A stretch of 64,000 nt of DNA from Tubulanus polymorphus. Its lineage: Eukaryota; Animalia; Nemertea. Location: assembly GCF_964204645.1 (NCBI RefSeq), contig NC_134025.1:12586001-12650000 (forward strand). The letters run 5' to 3'. This document shows, piece by piece, positions 25,982 to 38,900 of the stretch (positions are counted from its first letter, which is position 1; each line of letters opens with the position of its first letter). The translations under genes and the position numbers were made by a program. The notes beneath the pieces are model-generated. The model was not told the DNA's origin. It was given only the letters and a program-made list of their open reading frames with translations, and did not search any database.

Positions 25982-28900
25982 GACATAGGCATGCAAACAG
26001 TAATATCTGAAGTCCACTCCATTTCAAACTTATTCATCTTTACACAAACTCCAACTTGTTGAACAGTTCAAAATCGCGTGGCTTGAATTATTACGATAAC
26101 TAAAATCAGGGACCACGATACTTGCTCATCTACACTGGCTACCAATTTAACAAAGGATTGAATTTGAGTGTTTGATGTTGTAACAATAGGCCTACCATAC
26201 TGAATTATTGATTCAGTTTCTACTTTTTGATTGAACATTTATATCACATATTGGGTCATTTCATTTTTACCAGTATAGGCCTATATGGAAGAACCTATCC
26301 GTATATCATGTTTAATTTTATATAATCTGACTTTTGAGATGTCATTCAATCAATGCATTCATATGCGGTTGTCGCTTTCAAAAGCCACCACGGACTGACT
26401 CCTTAGCGATACCTTGGCGGACGATCCCACACGTTTCTTGCTCCAGCCCTAGAATGCTCAATTATAGTCGTCATGAACACCCGATTTGAATTCAAATTCA
26501 AAAGACTCCTAAAAACGCACCTGTTTACTCGATTACTGTAAAGCGCCTTTGAACATTTATATGCAAGAATCAGTGAAATTGGCGCTTTATCAGTTGTATT
26601 CATCATTCAAACCCATTATTCTCCTTATCCTATGAATTTGGAGACCCATCCTCGCATGAGAATGAATATAATGTGATTTCAATTAAAGATGACGCATGGC
26701 CTCATATCATTACGTTATGTTTTTTAACGGGTGGACGAGATTATATTCTTATGTTTTTGTTTCTCTGAATGTCGCTATTTAAGAGTTCAATAATAATTTC
26801 AGTCAACCAAACAAAGGATTTTTCTGTATGTTTCGTGTCCAGTTTTTCCATAACCCTAGGACTGCATTTTAGGTATTTTTCGTGGATGACCGAACGCTGC
26901 TGTCCCTTTCTAGTAATTTGATGATATCTGTCGAAATCTAAATTTTAAAAAGGAATCAGGCATATCTCCTTGTTTGACTAAGTAAGGATATTTTGAAAAT
27001 AATGATTTTACATGTATGTTTGAATCCGTTATAACTGGAGCAATTTTCATAAAAACATATCTATGGAATCAACGAAATGTAATTAAGAAGAATACTATGT
27101 TTAAGATGTTATCAAAGGCATTTGAAAAAAATTTTTTGATTTCGTCTGTGAAACTAGTGTCAACCAGATGTGTTCCCATTAAACGAACCGACTGCGAGCC
27201 GAGTCGATGTGAGATGTGACCTACACTGAAAATCTCAAGCGCTACCACTGGTTTTTAGGTGCTTCTGAATGTCGGCCGTTGAAAAACTAAACAATTGCCA
27301 TTTGGAAAGGGCCTAGTTAGAGAAAATGCTAGATGTGTATATTGTGTGATATTTCATGTGCGTTTGGAATTTAACCTTGTTTATAACGAAACACACATGT
27401 TCTTTTCTATTTTAGAAGAGCGCATGATAGTGCAATAAAGAACTGACAATGAAAAAGGGGTAACAGGTGACTGATATCACACCGAATTTCAATTCCTATG
27501 AACACTTTTCATATAGTGAATTCTGTACAAGACTAAAAAATACTTGAAATATTAACGAAACAGTTTTTTACGGACAAATCGTTACCATCGAATTTTCAAA
27601 ACTTTTTTAATGCCTTGGTGACCACTGGTCTGTACGCGGTTTTCTGAAACAAAAGTGGCCAAGTTTAAAGAACGAGAAATGATTACAAATATTAGGAGCC
27701 TAATGCGTTTAATGATTTAATTAATTGGCATCGCGCTGATTGGTTGAAAGACGGTTGTTAGTCATGTTGCCTGTGATTTAATTGTTTTTTAAGCATCGAT
27801 TAACCATAGATTTAATCTTATCATAACTAATTTGCAGGTGCTTCTCGCAAACATTTTCTATTCGTTTTCAAACGCAGTACTGTTCAGATGATTCGCTTCA
27901 GCTTTGAGTCAAGTAGTAAAAAAGTTTATGTATTAGCATTACTATGCAGTCAAAATAACGCACTGCGGCAAGTGAGGTGCTGTGATCCAGATGTGTAACC
28001 TATTTAGGAGTAATATATTTCCATCATGTCAACGCCATTCAGAAACAGTAGCAAAACATACTGCTGGTCTCTAGAAATAACAATACGACGACAACCACTT
28101 TCGAATTCGACCACGATATTCGAGAAGTTTCACTTGGGCAGTGGTGGTCAGTGATGGTCAATTTATGAATTTTCAATGGCGAATCCTTTCTAGCTTCACA
28201 CCAAACGCGGTACCGGTATATCGTTCTCACATTCCAGAAGTTTAAATTGGTCAGTGTTGGTCAGTGATGGTCAATTTATGAATTTTCAATGGCGAATCCT
28301 TTCTAGCTTCACACCAAACGCGGTACCGGTATACATATCGTTCTCACATTCCAGAAGTTTAAATTGGTCAGTGGTGGTCAGTGATGACCAATGTATGAAT
28401 TTTAATGGCGAATCCTTTCTAGTTTCACACCAAATGCGGTACCGGTATATCTTTCTAGAAGCATGAACTGGTCAGTGGTGGTCAGTGATGGTCAATTCAT
28501 GAATTTTCAATGGCGAATCCTTTCTAGTTTGACACCATAACGCGGTATATCGTTCTCATATTCGAGAAGTTTGAATTGGTCAGTGGTGGTCAGTGATGGT
28601 AAATTTATGAATTCTCAGTATTTATGGCGAATCCTTTCTAGTTTGACACCATAATGCGGTATATCGAACTCATATTCGAGAAGTTTGAATTGGTCAGTGA
28701 TGGTCAGTGATGGTCAATTTATGAATTTGCAATGATGATACCTCGGTAGATTGAAAACAAACATGACTTGATAAATTTCCGAAATTCGAAGTCAGGTGTT
28801 CAGACTCGGGAATATCTCAATTGGTTAGTTTCTGACCATCATGGTGTCACCATTGTGGTCTATAGCTCAAATGAAACACGTGGGACCGACGAAAGGGCCC

Positions 28901-31654
28901 AAAAGCGTGAGTCATTTCCTGAGTGATGTGATCCAAAAATGCCCTAACTGGAAAAGGCATTCTTTCAATTGGACGATACCAAATCGGACAGAACAATTAA
29001 AATTTGGGAAGGCCACAGGCAGTGGTCTTTCTACGAAGCCCACGCGGTAGGCCTATACTTTGAGCGTATTATTATGAAATCTTTTTTTAAGCACCATGTA
29101 CCACATTAAGTAATAAGCATCGTTGTAAGCACTTGAAACACCCATTAACCACTTGAAACTGTCAGATCAAACATCATACCGCATCCCTGCAAAGAGGGGT
29201 AGTTCAGCAAACCGGAGCTTTCATTTGCCTATCTAGACTACCCCGCCAGTACGGGTAGCCGAGCAAACCGGAAAACTCATAATGTAGAAATAGCCGAATT
29301 GCATGGATTTGAGCGTCTAAAACCTTTTGATTGTTTACGCTGGTAATAAATTAGATCGTCTATCGGTTTCAATTTGTTGTTTCATTGCGTCCTGTTTTCA
29401 ATTCTCTAGCCGCGGGCCTCTTAATTAATGTCCGTTGTCATGGCTTCGGTCATGTTGGCTGGGGGGTTGGCTTAGTTATAATGCCGGTAATCCTTTTTAG
29501 TTGCCTTTGGGATACGGTACGATCTGTTTTGAGGGTGTGGATTCTATTTTCCGGCGACGATTGTGATTACCGTTGGGTAACTTTTGGGAGTTGCTTTTCC
29601 TTCCCTGTCATGTTACCGCAGCCGATGATGCTAAACCATTGTCGTTAAATTTTATCTTTGAGCGTTTAGGGAAGTTCGGTCCATTGGGCGTTTACGTTCT
29701 CAATTAATATTGCTTCTTTGCGCTTGCTGTTTAGATCTATTGTCATAACCCGTTTATGGTTTGGGATGTTAGTTTTGGGGTTTTGCAATACCTTTCAGTT
29801 TCGGAGTGTTGGAGCCGTCGCTGGGAGGCCCCGGTTTTTCCCATTTCTCCAGGGGTGTCAGTCTAAAAAAAAGAAAAGTCATTGTAGGTTCTCGCTCCTT
29901 CGTGCGAGCATTCTGCGGTCCCAGGTTTTCCCATATCTATATATTTTTGCAGTATGTCCGCACAACAGGGAGTGAGAATATTATACGATGGTTTGACGTA
30001 CACAACCGGACAGATCCTAGGGACTTAACTACGGAAGCCCCATGGTGACGTACGAGATAATATTTCACAATTTCGACTTAATAGTCGAAATTCGACATAA
30101 TTAGTCGAAATTCGACATAATTAACTCGAAATTCTACATGTCGGAATTCGCGGGCATCCCCGGGATTTTTTTAAGGGGGGTCATGATTCATTAATAGGTT
30201 GTAAACAGTTGAACCGGACCCTATGACTCGGATTGATTTAACAATGCATTTGAAGTCAATGCACGCCTCTGTTCTGATTCTATTGATTTCGCCCGGTCAC
30301 CTGTTTAAATCGCGTATATTTCAACCTAAACGGCTCCTGGGGACCATGTAGTGCCCAGATGCCAAAATACGATTCCGTCAAATCATCAATAACGGTAAAT
30401 TGCGATTTCAACTGACAACTGTACGAATATTGAATAGGGTCAATAAAATAGCGATTGGAAAAAGCGCATTTTTCTGACAAATGAGGAATATTTTCACTTG
30501 TTGAGAAGCTAAGAAATATTCATTATCATTTTGAAAACTGGTAACGATAATCTTATGAGAGAATTCATCAGAAAGTTAAGCTAGATAGTTTTAAATACGT
30601 GTATCACTCAGTGAGAAAAATGTCATTAGTTTTAATGCAGCAGTATGCCATTAGTTTTAACGGAGAATTAAATGAAAGTTTTAAAATTATCAAGATTGAT
30701 GAATTTGGCTAGATATACTCAACACTACTTTAGTAATTAAGTAGTAAAAAGCACATCAACTCGGTAATCGAAACTTACGTAGAAAGCAGAAGCAAAAAAT
30801 AAGTTTTTAGCAGTTTTACAGAATAGATCTTCTAATGGTTTATTTGTCGTACAGCCATTAATGAAAAAGAAAATAATATGGTCTAGCTAGACCTTGGTAG
30901 CACAGAAATCGGGTAGCTATTAGTACCTACTTAACAGCGGTACTGCGAACAAGTCCTTCCCTTGGCCAAGCCGAAATCCTTCATGAAGTTGAGGTCAAAG
31001 CAAAAAAAAAATAAATAAAATCTGACCGGCAGTATGAATGGAGAACGATCATCAGAAAGGGCTGTCAAAGTCGAAAGCGGCACAGAGCCGGAATATCCCA
31101 TCAACGTTAGATTTAAGTTTTGATTAATATTAATAGGGTGGTCCTCTTCAATTCGATCTGGTCCGTTTAAAAATCTTATGTAAGAAAACTCCGGGCAGCA
31201 CACGGGGCTGTCGTGAAAAAAATCCCCTGAAAATATAGAAAAACTTCACACATGTATTGTGTGAGCGAAGATCTGTGATCAAATATGATAAAAATTAGTA
31301 AAAATATACCTAGACCTTGGAGTGAATCCAAGATTAGATAACTATAAAACTCCAATCGTTTATAAGGACATTGCACCTGTTTCACATAGTGGACAACGGG
31401 ACCGCTTATTTGGCTACGAAATAAAGTGGAACCACTTTAAATACGGATTATCGGAATAAGAATTTATTACACTGAGAAATCAAGGGGGAAACGTACTGAA
31501 AACTGGAATTCTCTACATACGGAGATGGGACTCGGGTCGACGAAGTTAACGATCGATACACGTGTGTATCTGTTCAAAAAACGTTTTTATCTCCTAAGGA
31601 GCTACAAAAAGTTTGCGAATTATTCATAAATATTTGCGTCGGGGACCGGTTGCC

Positions 31655-31916
31655 GGTCTCTAACCGCGAACGCAGGTGCGTCTTCACCCGTCAAGGGATT
31701 CGAACCCACTACGCTAAAGCTGTTCGCCGAACCCCTTGACCTCACGAGTCGTTGGAGTCGTTACTAGCCGACCAGAATCCGGTCGTACCAATCACAGCGC
31801 TTGTAACAAACGACTTTAGGCTTCTATTGGTTTTCCCGTTAAATAGACAATTAGCGAACGTTTTACTGAACAAGGAAGTATTTCGGAAATCGATATATGA
31901 CGTCATGCGCAACAGC
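31655..31916. repeat. ~335-bp tandem repeat unit with a tRNA-like B-box; the array continues at 53185-53620
   Basis: 31675-31916 matches 53275-53519. It contains the reverse complement of GTGGGTTCGAATCCC. Confidence 0.7.
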
Positions 31917-34900
31917 CATTATGAGAATGCCGGTTTGCTAGCGTATCTATTTAACACCCGTATTGCTCGGGTTAGTTTTACTATCAACGGGTGGCGCTGT
32001 ATGTAAATTTCACATAAATCAACGACTTTCGGCTATTAGCGGTACTTAAGACCACTTGAAAACATCATAGTCAATTACGGTAGTAGTGAACATAAAAAGA
32101 TACAGTACAAATATACAGTACGGTGTACAGTTAAGGACATGATTCCATAGCACCCATACCAGAGACATTTTGTTCAGACAAGGACTATTAGTTAAACACT
32201 AATCTTCATTTTCAGCAATTAACGATCTGGTGAATTAATTAGTGATTCGGTCTTTCGGTGGTTCGAGATAAAATGCCCGCAAAATAAGAACCTAACGAAC
32301 CAGGGCTGACCACAAATTGCCCAACAGATAAATTTTCGAAACGACACAATCCAATCATGTTTGGTAACAAATGTGGCGTGGACCATGGTCTTTTAACTGA
32401 CCAATGCATGACCAGTACTGACCATATAGTAAATTATTTGTTTGCAAACAATTAAGTTGTTTGGTGTCAAATAACTAGATATGATGTGGGCATTAATCTA
32501 ACTGGTACTGACCAGTTACCAGTGCTAACCAGAACCCCCATAAGTAATTTATATGTTTAGCGAATCCTTCGTTAGAACTACTAGCTCTTAAATTTGTCGC
32601 TTGAAAAAGTCTTGTCCGATTTTTTGTTGTAGGTAGCGAGCTAACTTTGAAATTCCGCTAAAATGCATAAGAATTTTACGTTGGGTGAGTGTTTGATGTT
32701 ATAACAATATCAGACTGAAGTATGGATTCGGTTTCTACTTTTTAATTGAACATTTATATCACATATTGGGCATCATTTTTACCAGTATATATTGAATAAC
32801 CTATCTATATATCATCTTCAATTTTATAAAATCTGACTTTTGAGATGTCATTCAATCAATGCATTCACATGCGGTCGTCGCTTTCAATAGCCACCACGGA
32901 CTGGCTCCTTATTATTTCTTTGGTGATACCATTGGCGGACGATCCCACACGTTTCTTGCTCCAGCCCTAGAATGCTCAATATTCGTCATGAACCCCGATT
33001 TGAGTTTAAATTCAAAATACTCCTAAAACACACCTGTTAACTAGATTACTCTAAAACACCTTTATGTGCAAGAATCAGTGAAATTGGCGCTTTATCAGTT
33101 GTATTCATCTCGTACCCACGAATCTCGTATCGTATCCTATTAATGTGGAGACCCATCCTCGTAAAGAGAATGAATAGGCTCTGTTGCGTTCATATCATTT
33201 GATATGAGGCTACGTGTCATCTTAAATTGAAATCACGTTGTTTTTTTAAAGGGTGGGCGAGAATATATTCTTATGTTTTTGTTTCTCTGAATGTTGCTAT
33301 TTAAGAGTTCAATTATTTCAGTCTACCAAACAAAGGATTTTCCGTATGTTTCGTGACATGTTTTTCCATAACCCTAGGAGAGCATTTTAGGTATTTTTTT
33401 GCGGATGACCGAAAGCTGCTATCCCTTTCTAGTAATTTGATGATATCCGTCGAAATCTAAATTCTAAAAAGGAATCAGGCATATCTTCTTTATTGACTAA
33501 ATATGAACTCAACAACAAGTGACATTCCCTTCAAAGGCGCCGAAGTAAAATCATGTGTCGAGTGGAGATGATATTGTGTCAGAATTTCTTCAAAATCGGA
33601 GAAAATTGAATATTTTAAAAATAATCATTTTACATGTATGTTTAAATCCGTTATAACTGGAGTAATTTTCATGAAAAAATATCTATGGAATCAGCGAAAT
33701 GTAATTAAGAGGAACACTATGTTTAAAAAGTTATCAAAGACATTTGAAAAAAGTTTTCTGAATTCGTCAACTGTTAAACTAGTAACAACCAGATGTGTTC
33801 CCATTAAACCACCGACCGCGAGCCGAGTCGATGTGAGATGTGCCCTACACTGAAAATCTCAAGTGCTATACAACCGGTTTTTTAGGTGCCTCTGAATGTC
33901 GGCCGTTAAAAAAACTGAACAATTCCCATTTGGAAAGGGCCTACGTAGTTAGAGAAAATTCAAGATGTGTATATCGTGTGAGATACAGGCTCCATATTTC
34001 ATGTGCGTTTGGAATTTAACCTTGTTTTATAACGAAACACGCATGTATTTATGCTATTTTAGATTTAAAAAGAGCGCACGAAAGTGTTTCATGAGACCCG
34101 CAAACAACGTCAAGTTATTTATGCATTTTTGATTTATATGAATAAATTTCGCTTCGAAATCTTAAAATTTCTCAGGTGGATTATTCAATAAATTCACAAC
34201 AGTCCATTATGGATTAGTTTGACGCCAATCGTTCTTTTAAAGATCTTTCTTTCTCGAAGAAAGATTTTCTTAAAAACTTTGATTATGGCGAATGTTTTAT
34301 GTGTCCGATAGTTAAACCTTCGGGTATTATACTAGAACACAAATTTTTAAAGATATTCATAACATACTGAAGGATATCACAGGTTATACCCGAACATATG
34401 CAGTTGGATAGATCTTTTTGTTTCGACTCGCATGCGACAGTAAAAACGGTACTTGATATAATAAGTGAACTTCATCATTGATATTTTCACTAATCTACTT
34501 GAATTCCAAAAAAGAACTGACAATGAAAAAGGGTTACAGCTGTGACTGATATCGCTCCAAATTTCAATTCCTATGAACACTTTTAATATAAAGACAACTA
34601 TTAACGAAACAGTTTTTAGAGGCGAAGAATCCGCGTTACCATCGAATTTTCAAAACTTGAAGGAATGGTTAATGCCTCGGTGACCACTGGTCTAGTACGC
34701 GGTTTTCTGAAATGAAAGTGGCCAAGTCTAAATAACAACTATTGTATCACATGATTTCAAATATTAGGAACCCGATGCGTTTAATGATTTGATTAATTGG
34801 TATCGCGCAGATTGGTTGAAAGACGGGTGTTAGTCACCTTGTGATTTAATTGTTTTTCATGCATCGATTAATTAATCTTATTATAACTTATTTGTAGGCG

Positions 34901-35534
34901 CATCCCGCAAACATTTTCTATTCGTTGAGTTTTCAAACGCAGTACTGTTCAGATGATTCGAGTCAAGTAGTAAAAAAGTTTATGTATTAGCATTACTATG
35001 CAGTGAAAATAACGCACTGCGGCAAGTGAGGTGCTGTGATCCAGATGTGTAACCCATTTATGGGTAATAAATTTCCATCATGTCAACGCCATTCAAAAAC
35101 AGTAGCAAAACTTTCTGCTGGTTTCTAGAAATAGCAATACGACGACAAGCACTTTCGAATTCGACCACGATATTTGAGAAGTTTCGCTGGTGGTCAGTGA
35201 TGGTCAATTTATGAATTTTAATGGCGAATCCTTTCTAGTTTCACACCAAAAGCGGTACCGGTATATCGTTCTTTCAAGAAGTTTCAATTGGTCAGTGGTG
35301 GTCAGTGATGGTCAATTTATGAATTTTCAATGGCGAATCCTTTCTAGTTTGACACCATAACGCGGTATATCGTTTTCATATTGGAGAAGTTTGAATTGGT
35401 CATTGGTGGTCAGTGATGGTCAGTGATGAATTTGCAATGATGATTCCTTAGAGGTTTGAAAACAAACATTACATGATAAATTTCCGAAATTCGAAGTCAA
35501 GTGGTCAGACTCGGGGATATCTCAATTGGTCAGT

Positions 35535-35947
35535 AGTAATTAGAAGATGGCGTTTTCAGATCAGCGGTCGAGCGGTCGAGACACCACTCATCACCACAAG
35601 TAATTTTTTTCCCTAATAAATGGGGGAGAATGAACACCAGCCAGAAAACAATAATGTTAATAAAAATCAATATTATTGCCAATATTGTAAAAAATACATT
35701 GATAAATCCCAAAAATCACGACATGAAAAAACTGCAAATCATATAAAAAATGTAATAGATTTTGAAACTCCAGAAAATTCCAATGAAAGAAAAGAACGAT
35801 TAGAAAATATGAATGTGGATGAAATAAAATGTGAAGTTTGTAATGAATTTATAGAAAAAAGGAATTATAATAGACATCTCGAATCACAAAAACACCATCA
35901 AAATTTAAGTAATAATGTTTTAGGAAAAGAATATTTCGATGATAAAC
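35535..35947 (+). repeat. Left terminal inverted repeat (413 bp)
   Basis: Reverse complement of 52323-52735; at least 3 mismatches seen. Confidence 0.93.
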
Positions 35948-38900
35948 CTCAAAAAGTAAAAAAACCAACTTCAAAAACTAAATCCATTTCAAATAAACCT
36001 TACATGGAAAATGTTAGAAATTATATTGATTCACTAGAAATAAAAGATACAATTGAAATTTTAGAAACATTACATAGTAAAATTGGTCCTGCGGCTATTA
36101 TATTTAGATTCTTTAAAGGTACAACAATAGAAGATTATAGTAAATTTAATGAAATAATAGAAAAAATACTAGATTTGATAACAGATGTTGAATATCCAAA
36201 AATTAGTATCTCTGGGAAAGTAAGTTTTATAAAGTCAGAAGAAAAAATGAATTATAATATTCAAACACTCTCTGAAGAAATAATTTCAAAAACACAAATA
36301 AAAGAGAAGTTAGAAAAAATATTAAATGAATTTAAACGTCATATTGAAGAAAGATATTTTGAGGGTTCTGGCTTAACATTGAATGAAATTATATATTTAG
36401 ATTTAAATGTTTACAATACAAAAAGAAATAAAACATCAAAAAGTAAAACAATGTTTAAAAATGATTCAAACTTTACAACAGAAAAGGATATTAAAGCATC
36501 ATCTTATATTAAATTATCATTAACGACAAAAGCAGTAATAAATATTCAAAATGAAGATAATAAATGTTTTCTATGGTCAATTATTAGTTGCTTACATCCA
36601 ACACAGGAAAATGTTTGTAGGATAACAGATTATCGGAAATATGAAACATTATATAAAATTGATCAATATCCAGTAACTATAAAAATGATACCCAAAATAG
36701 AAAAAATTAATAAGTTAAAAATAAATGTATTCGAATTAATGCAATTACCAAAGACAAAAGGTGAAAATATTAAAGATTATACATTGGAAGCTTTATATTT
36801 AACAGAATATTATGATGATGAAAATGCTATAGATTTGTTATATTACAAAAAAGATGAAAATGAACATTATATGTGGTTAAAACAAATTGATTTATTCTTT
36901 AGAACAGAAAGTGATTTTAACAGCCATAAAATTTATCTATGTAGAAAATGTTTATCTAAATTTAGAACTGAGAATGCGTTACTAAAACATAAAGAATTAT
37001 GTGATAATAAAGATTTTTGTAAATTAATAATGCCAACAGAAAAAGATTATAAATAGAAATTTACTAATCATAAATTTAAAAATATTGTTCCATTTGTAAT
37101 TTATGGGGATTTTGAATCGTTGAATAAAGAATTAACTGATCAAGATAGAAAAGAAATATATAACAAAAAGCAATTATTAAAATCAATGGATAAAGGAAAT
37201 GAATTAAATGAAGACACAATACAAGACCCACCAATTATAAATACAATTAAAAAAGTTCATCAAAGAGCTGCTGCTTATGGAATTTACATCAAATCAAATT
37301 ATCCCGAATTATATGAAAGTCAATATATTTCTTTTAGAGGTGAAAATGTAGTTAATGATTTTTGTGATAAAATGATTGAATTAGAAAGTGATTTTGCAAA
37401 ATTATTAAACAAAAATAAAAGAATAGTTATGACAAAAGAAGATGAAATTGATTTTAATTATGCAACTCATTGTTGTTATTGTGAAAAACGTTTTTATTCA
37501 TTTGATAAAAAAGTTAGAGATCATGATCATTTGAATTCAAAATATCGTGGAGCTGCTCATGAAGATTGCAATTTACAAGCTAAAAAAGTTAATTTCGTAC
37601 CAATATTATTTCATAATTTATCAGGCTATGATACCCATCTATTTATAAAACAATTATCAAAGAAATTGGGCGCAATTAATCAGGAAATAGAAGAATATAA
37701 CGCTATGAATGAAGCAAATGTAAGAAAATATGATTTTAAACTATTAGCTAAAACATCTGAAAATTATATTTCATTTCAATTTGGTTGCATTAGATTTTTA
37801 GATTCTTATAGATTTCTAGCAAGTTCATTAGATAATTTATCAAAAAGTTTAGTTGATAATGATTTTGTTATAACTCGATATTATTATCCAAATGAACAAG
37901 ATTTTAAATTATTGAGATATAAAGGCGCAATTCCTTATTCATTTTATAAAACACACAATGATTTTAATGTAACAGAATTATTAAAAGATCAATTTTATGA
38001 TCAATTAAAAGAGGAGTATGTGAAAGATGAAGTGTTTAATAGAACATTAAATATTTGGAACCATTTTAAGATGAAAAATCATGGCGAATTAGTTGATTTA
38101 TATTTAAAATCAGACGTTATGATATTGGCTGACATATTTGAAAAATTTAGAGAAGTTAATTTGAATCATTTTAATGTTGATCCTTGTTATTGTTATTCAA
38201 GTCCTGGTTTAACCTGGCAATGTGGTTTAAAATATACAAATGTAGAATTAGATTTATTAAAAGAACCAGATATGGTTTTATTATTTGAAAAATCAATTAG
38301 AGGTGGAATTAGTGGTGTTATGGGAGATAGGTATTTTAAAGCAAATGATGAATACAAATTATTATATATTGACGCCAATAATTTATATGGTTGGGCAATG
38401 ATGCAACCTCAACCATATAAAAATTTTATATTAACAGAAGTTGAAAATGGTGATAAAACTGATTGGGAAAGCGCAATTGCGAGTTTAAAAGATGAAGCAC
38501 CAATTGGTTATTTCTTCGTAGTTGATTTAGAATATCCTGAAAATATAAAGTTTAAAACTAGAAACTTACCTTATTGCCCAGAACATTTAACTGTAGATGA
38601 TAGTTATTTAAGTGAATACCAGAAGATAATAAAACCGAAAGATCATGTTTTTACAGAAAAATTAATACTTACTCAAAATAATAAATACAATTATATTGTT
38701 CATTATAGAATGTTAAAATTTTATCTAAAACAAGGAATGAAATTAAAGAAAGTACATAGATATATTGAATTTAATCAATCGAAGTGGTTAGAAAAATATA
38801 TAGATTTCAATACTCAACAGAGAACCATATCAAAAACAGATTTTGAAAAAGATTTCTTCAAATTAATGAACAATAGTTTTTATGGTAAAACATGTGAAAA

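Larger units (their letters stand above)
17191..29284 (+). mobile_element. CATT...AATG element copy 2 (older; 17191-17230 plus 23090-29284; left end lost)
   Basis: Collinear, diverged reverse complement of copy 1, ending in 'gcaaaccggaaaactcataatg' at 29284. It has an expanded ~110-bp subterminal array at 28135-28730. Confidence 0.8.

Noticed and set aside
28135-28730. CRISPR-like regularly spaced repeats
   Set aside because: The spacers are themselves repeated. These are subterminal tandem repeats of a eukaryotic DNA element, and there are no cas genes.
29285-30050. Possible retroelement gag/leader region on the minus strand
   Set aside because: It has a coding-like composition but no motif I could identify with confidence.
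31690-31720. Functional tRNA gene
   Set aside because: Only a T-arm/B-box-like stretch is present and no full cloverleaf could be built.
37054-37056. Programmed readthrough or alternative genetic code in pPolB
   Set aside because: The element has many other stops and frameshifts, and TAG ends other ORFs normally, so mutation is the simpler explanation.
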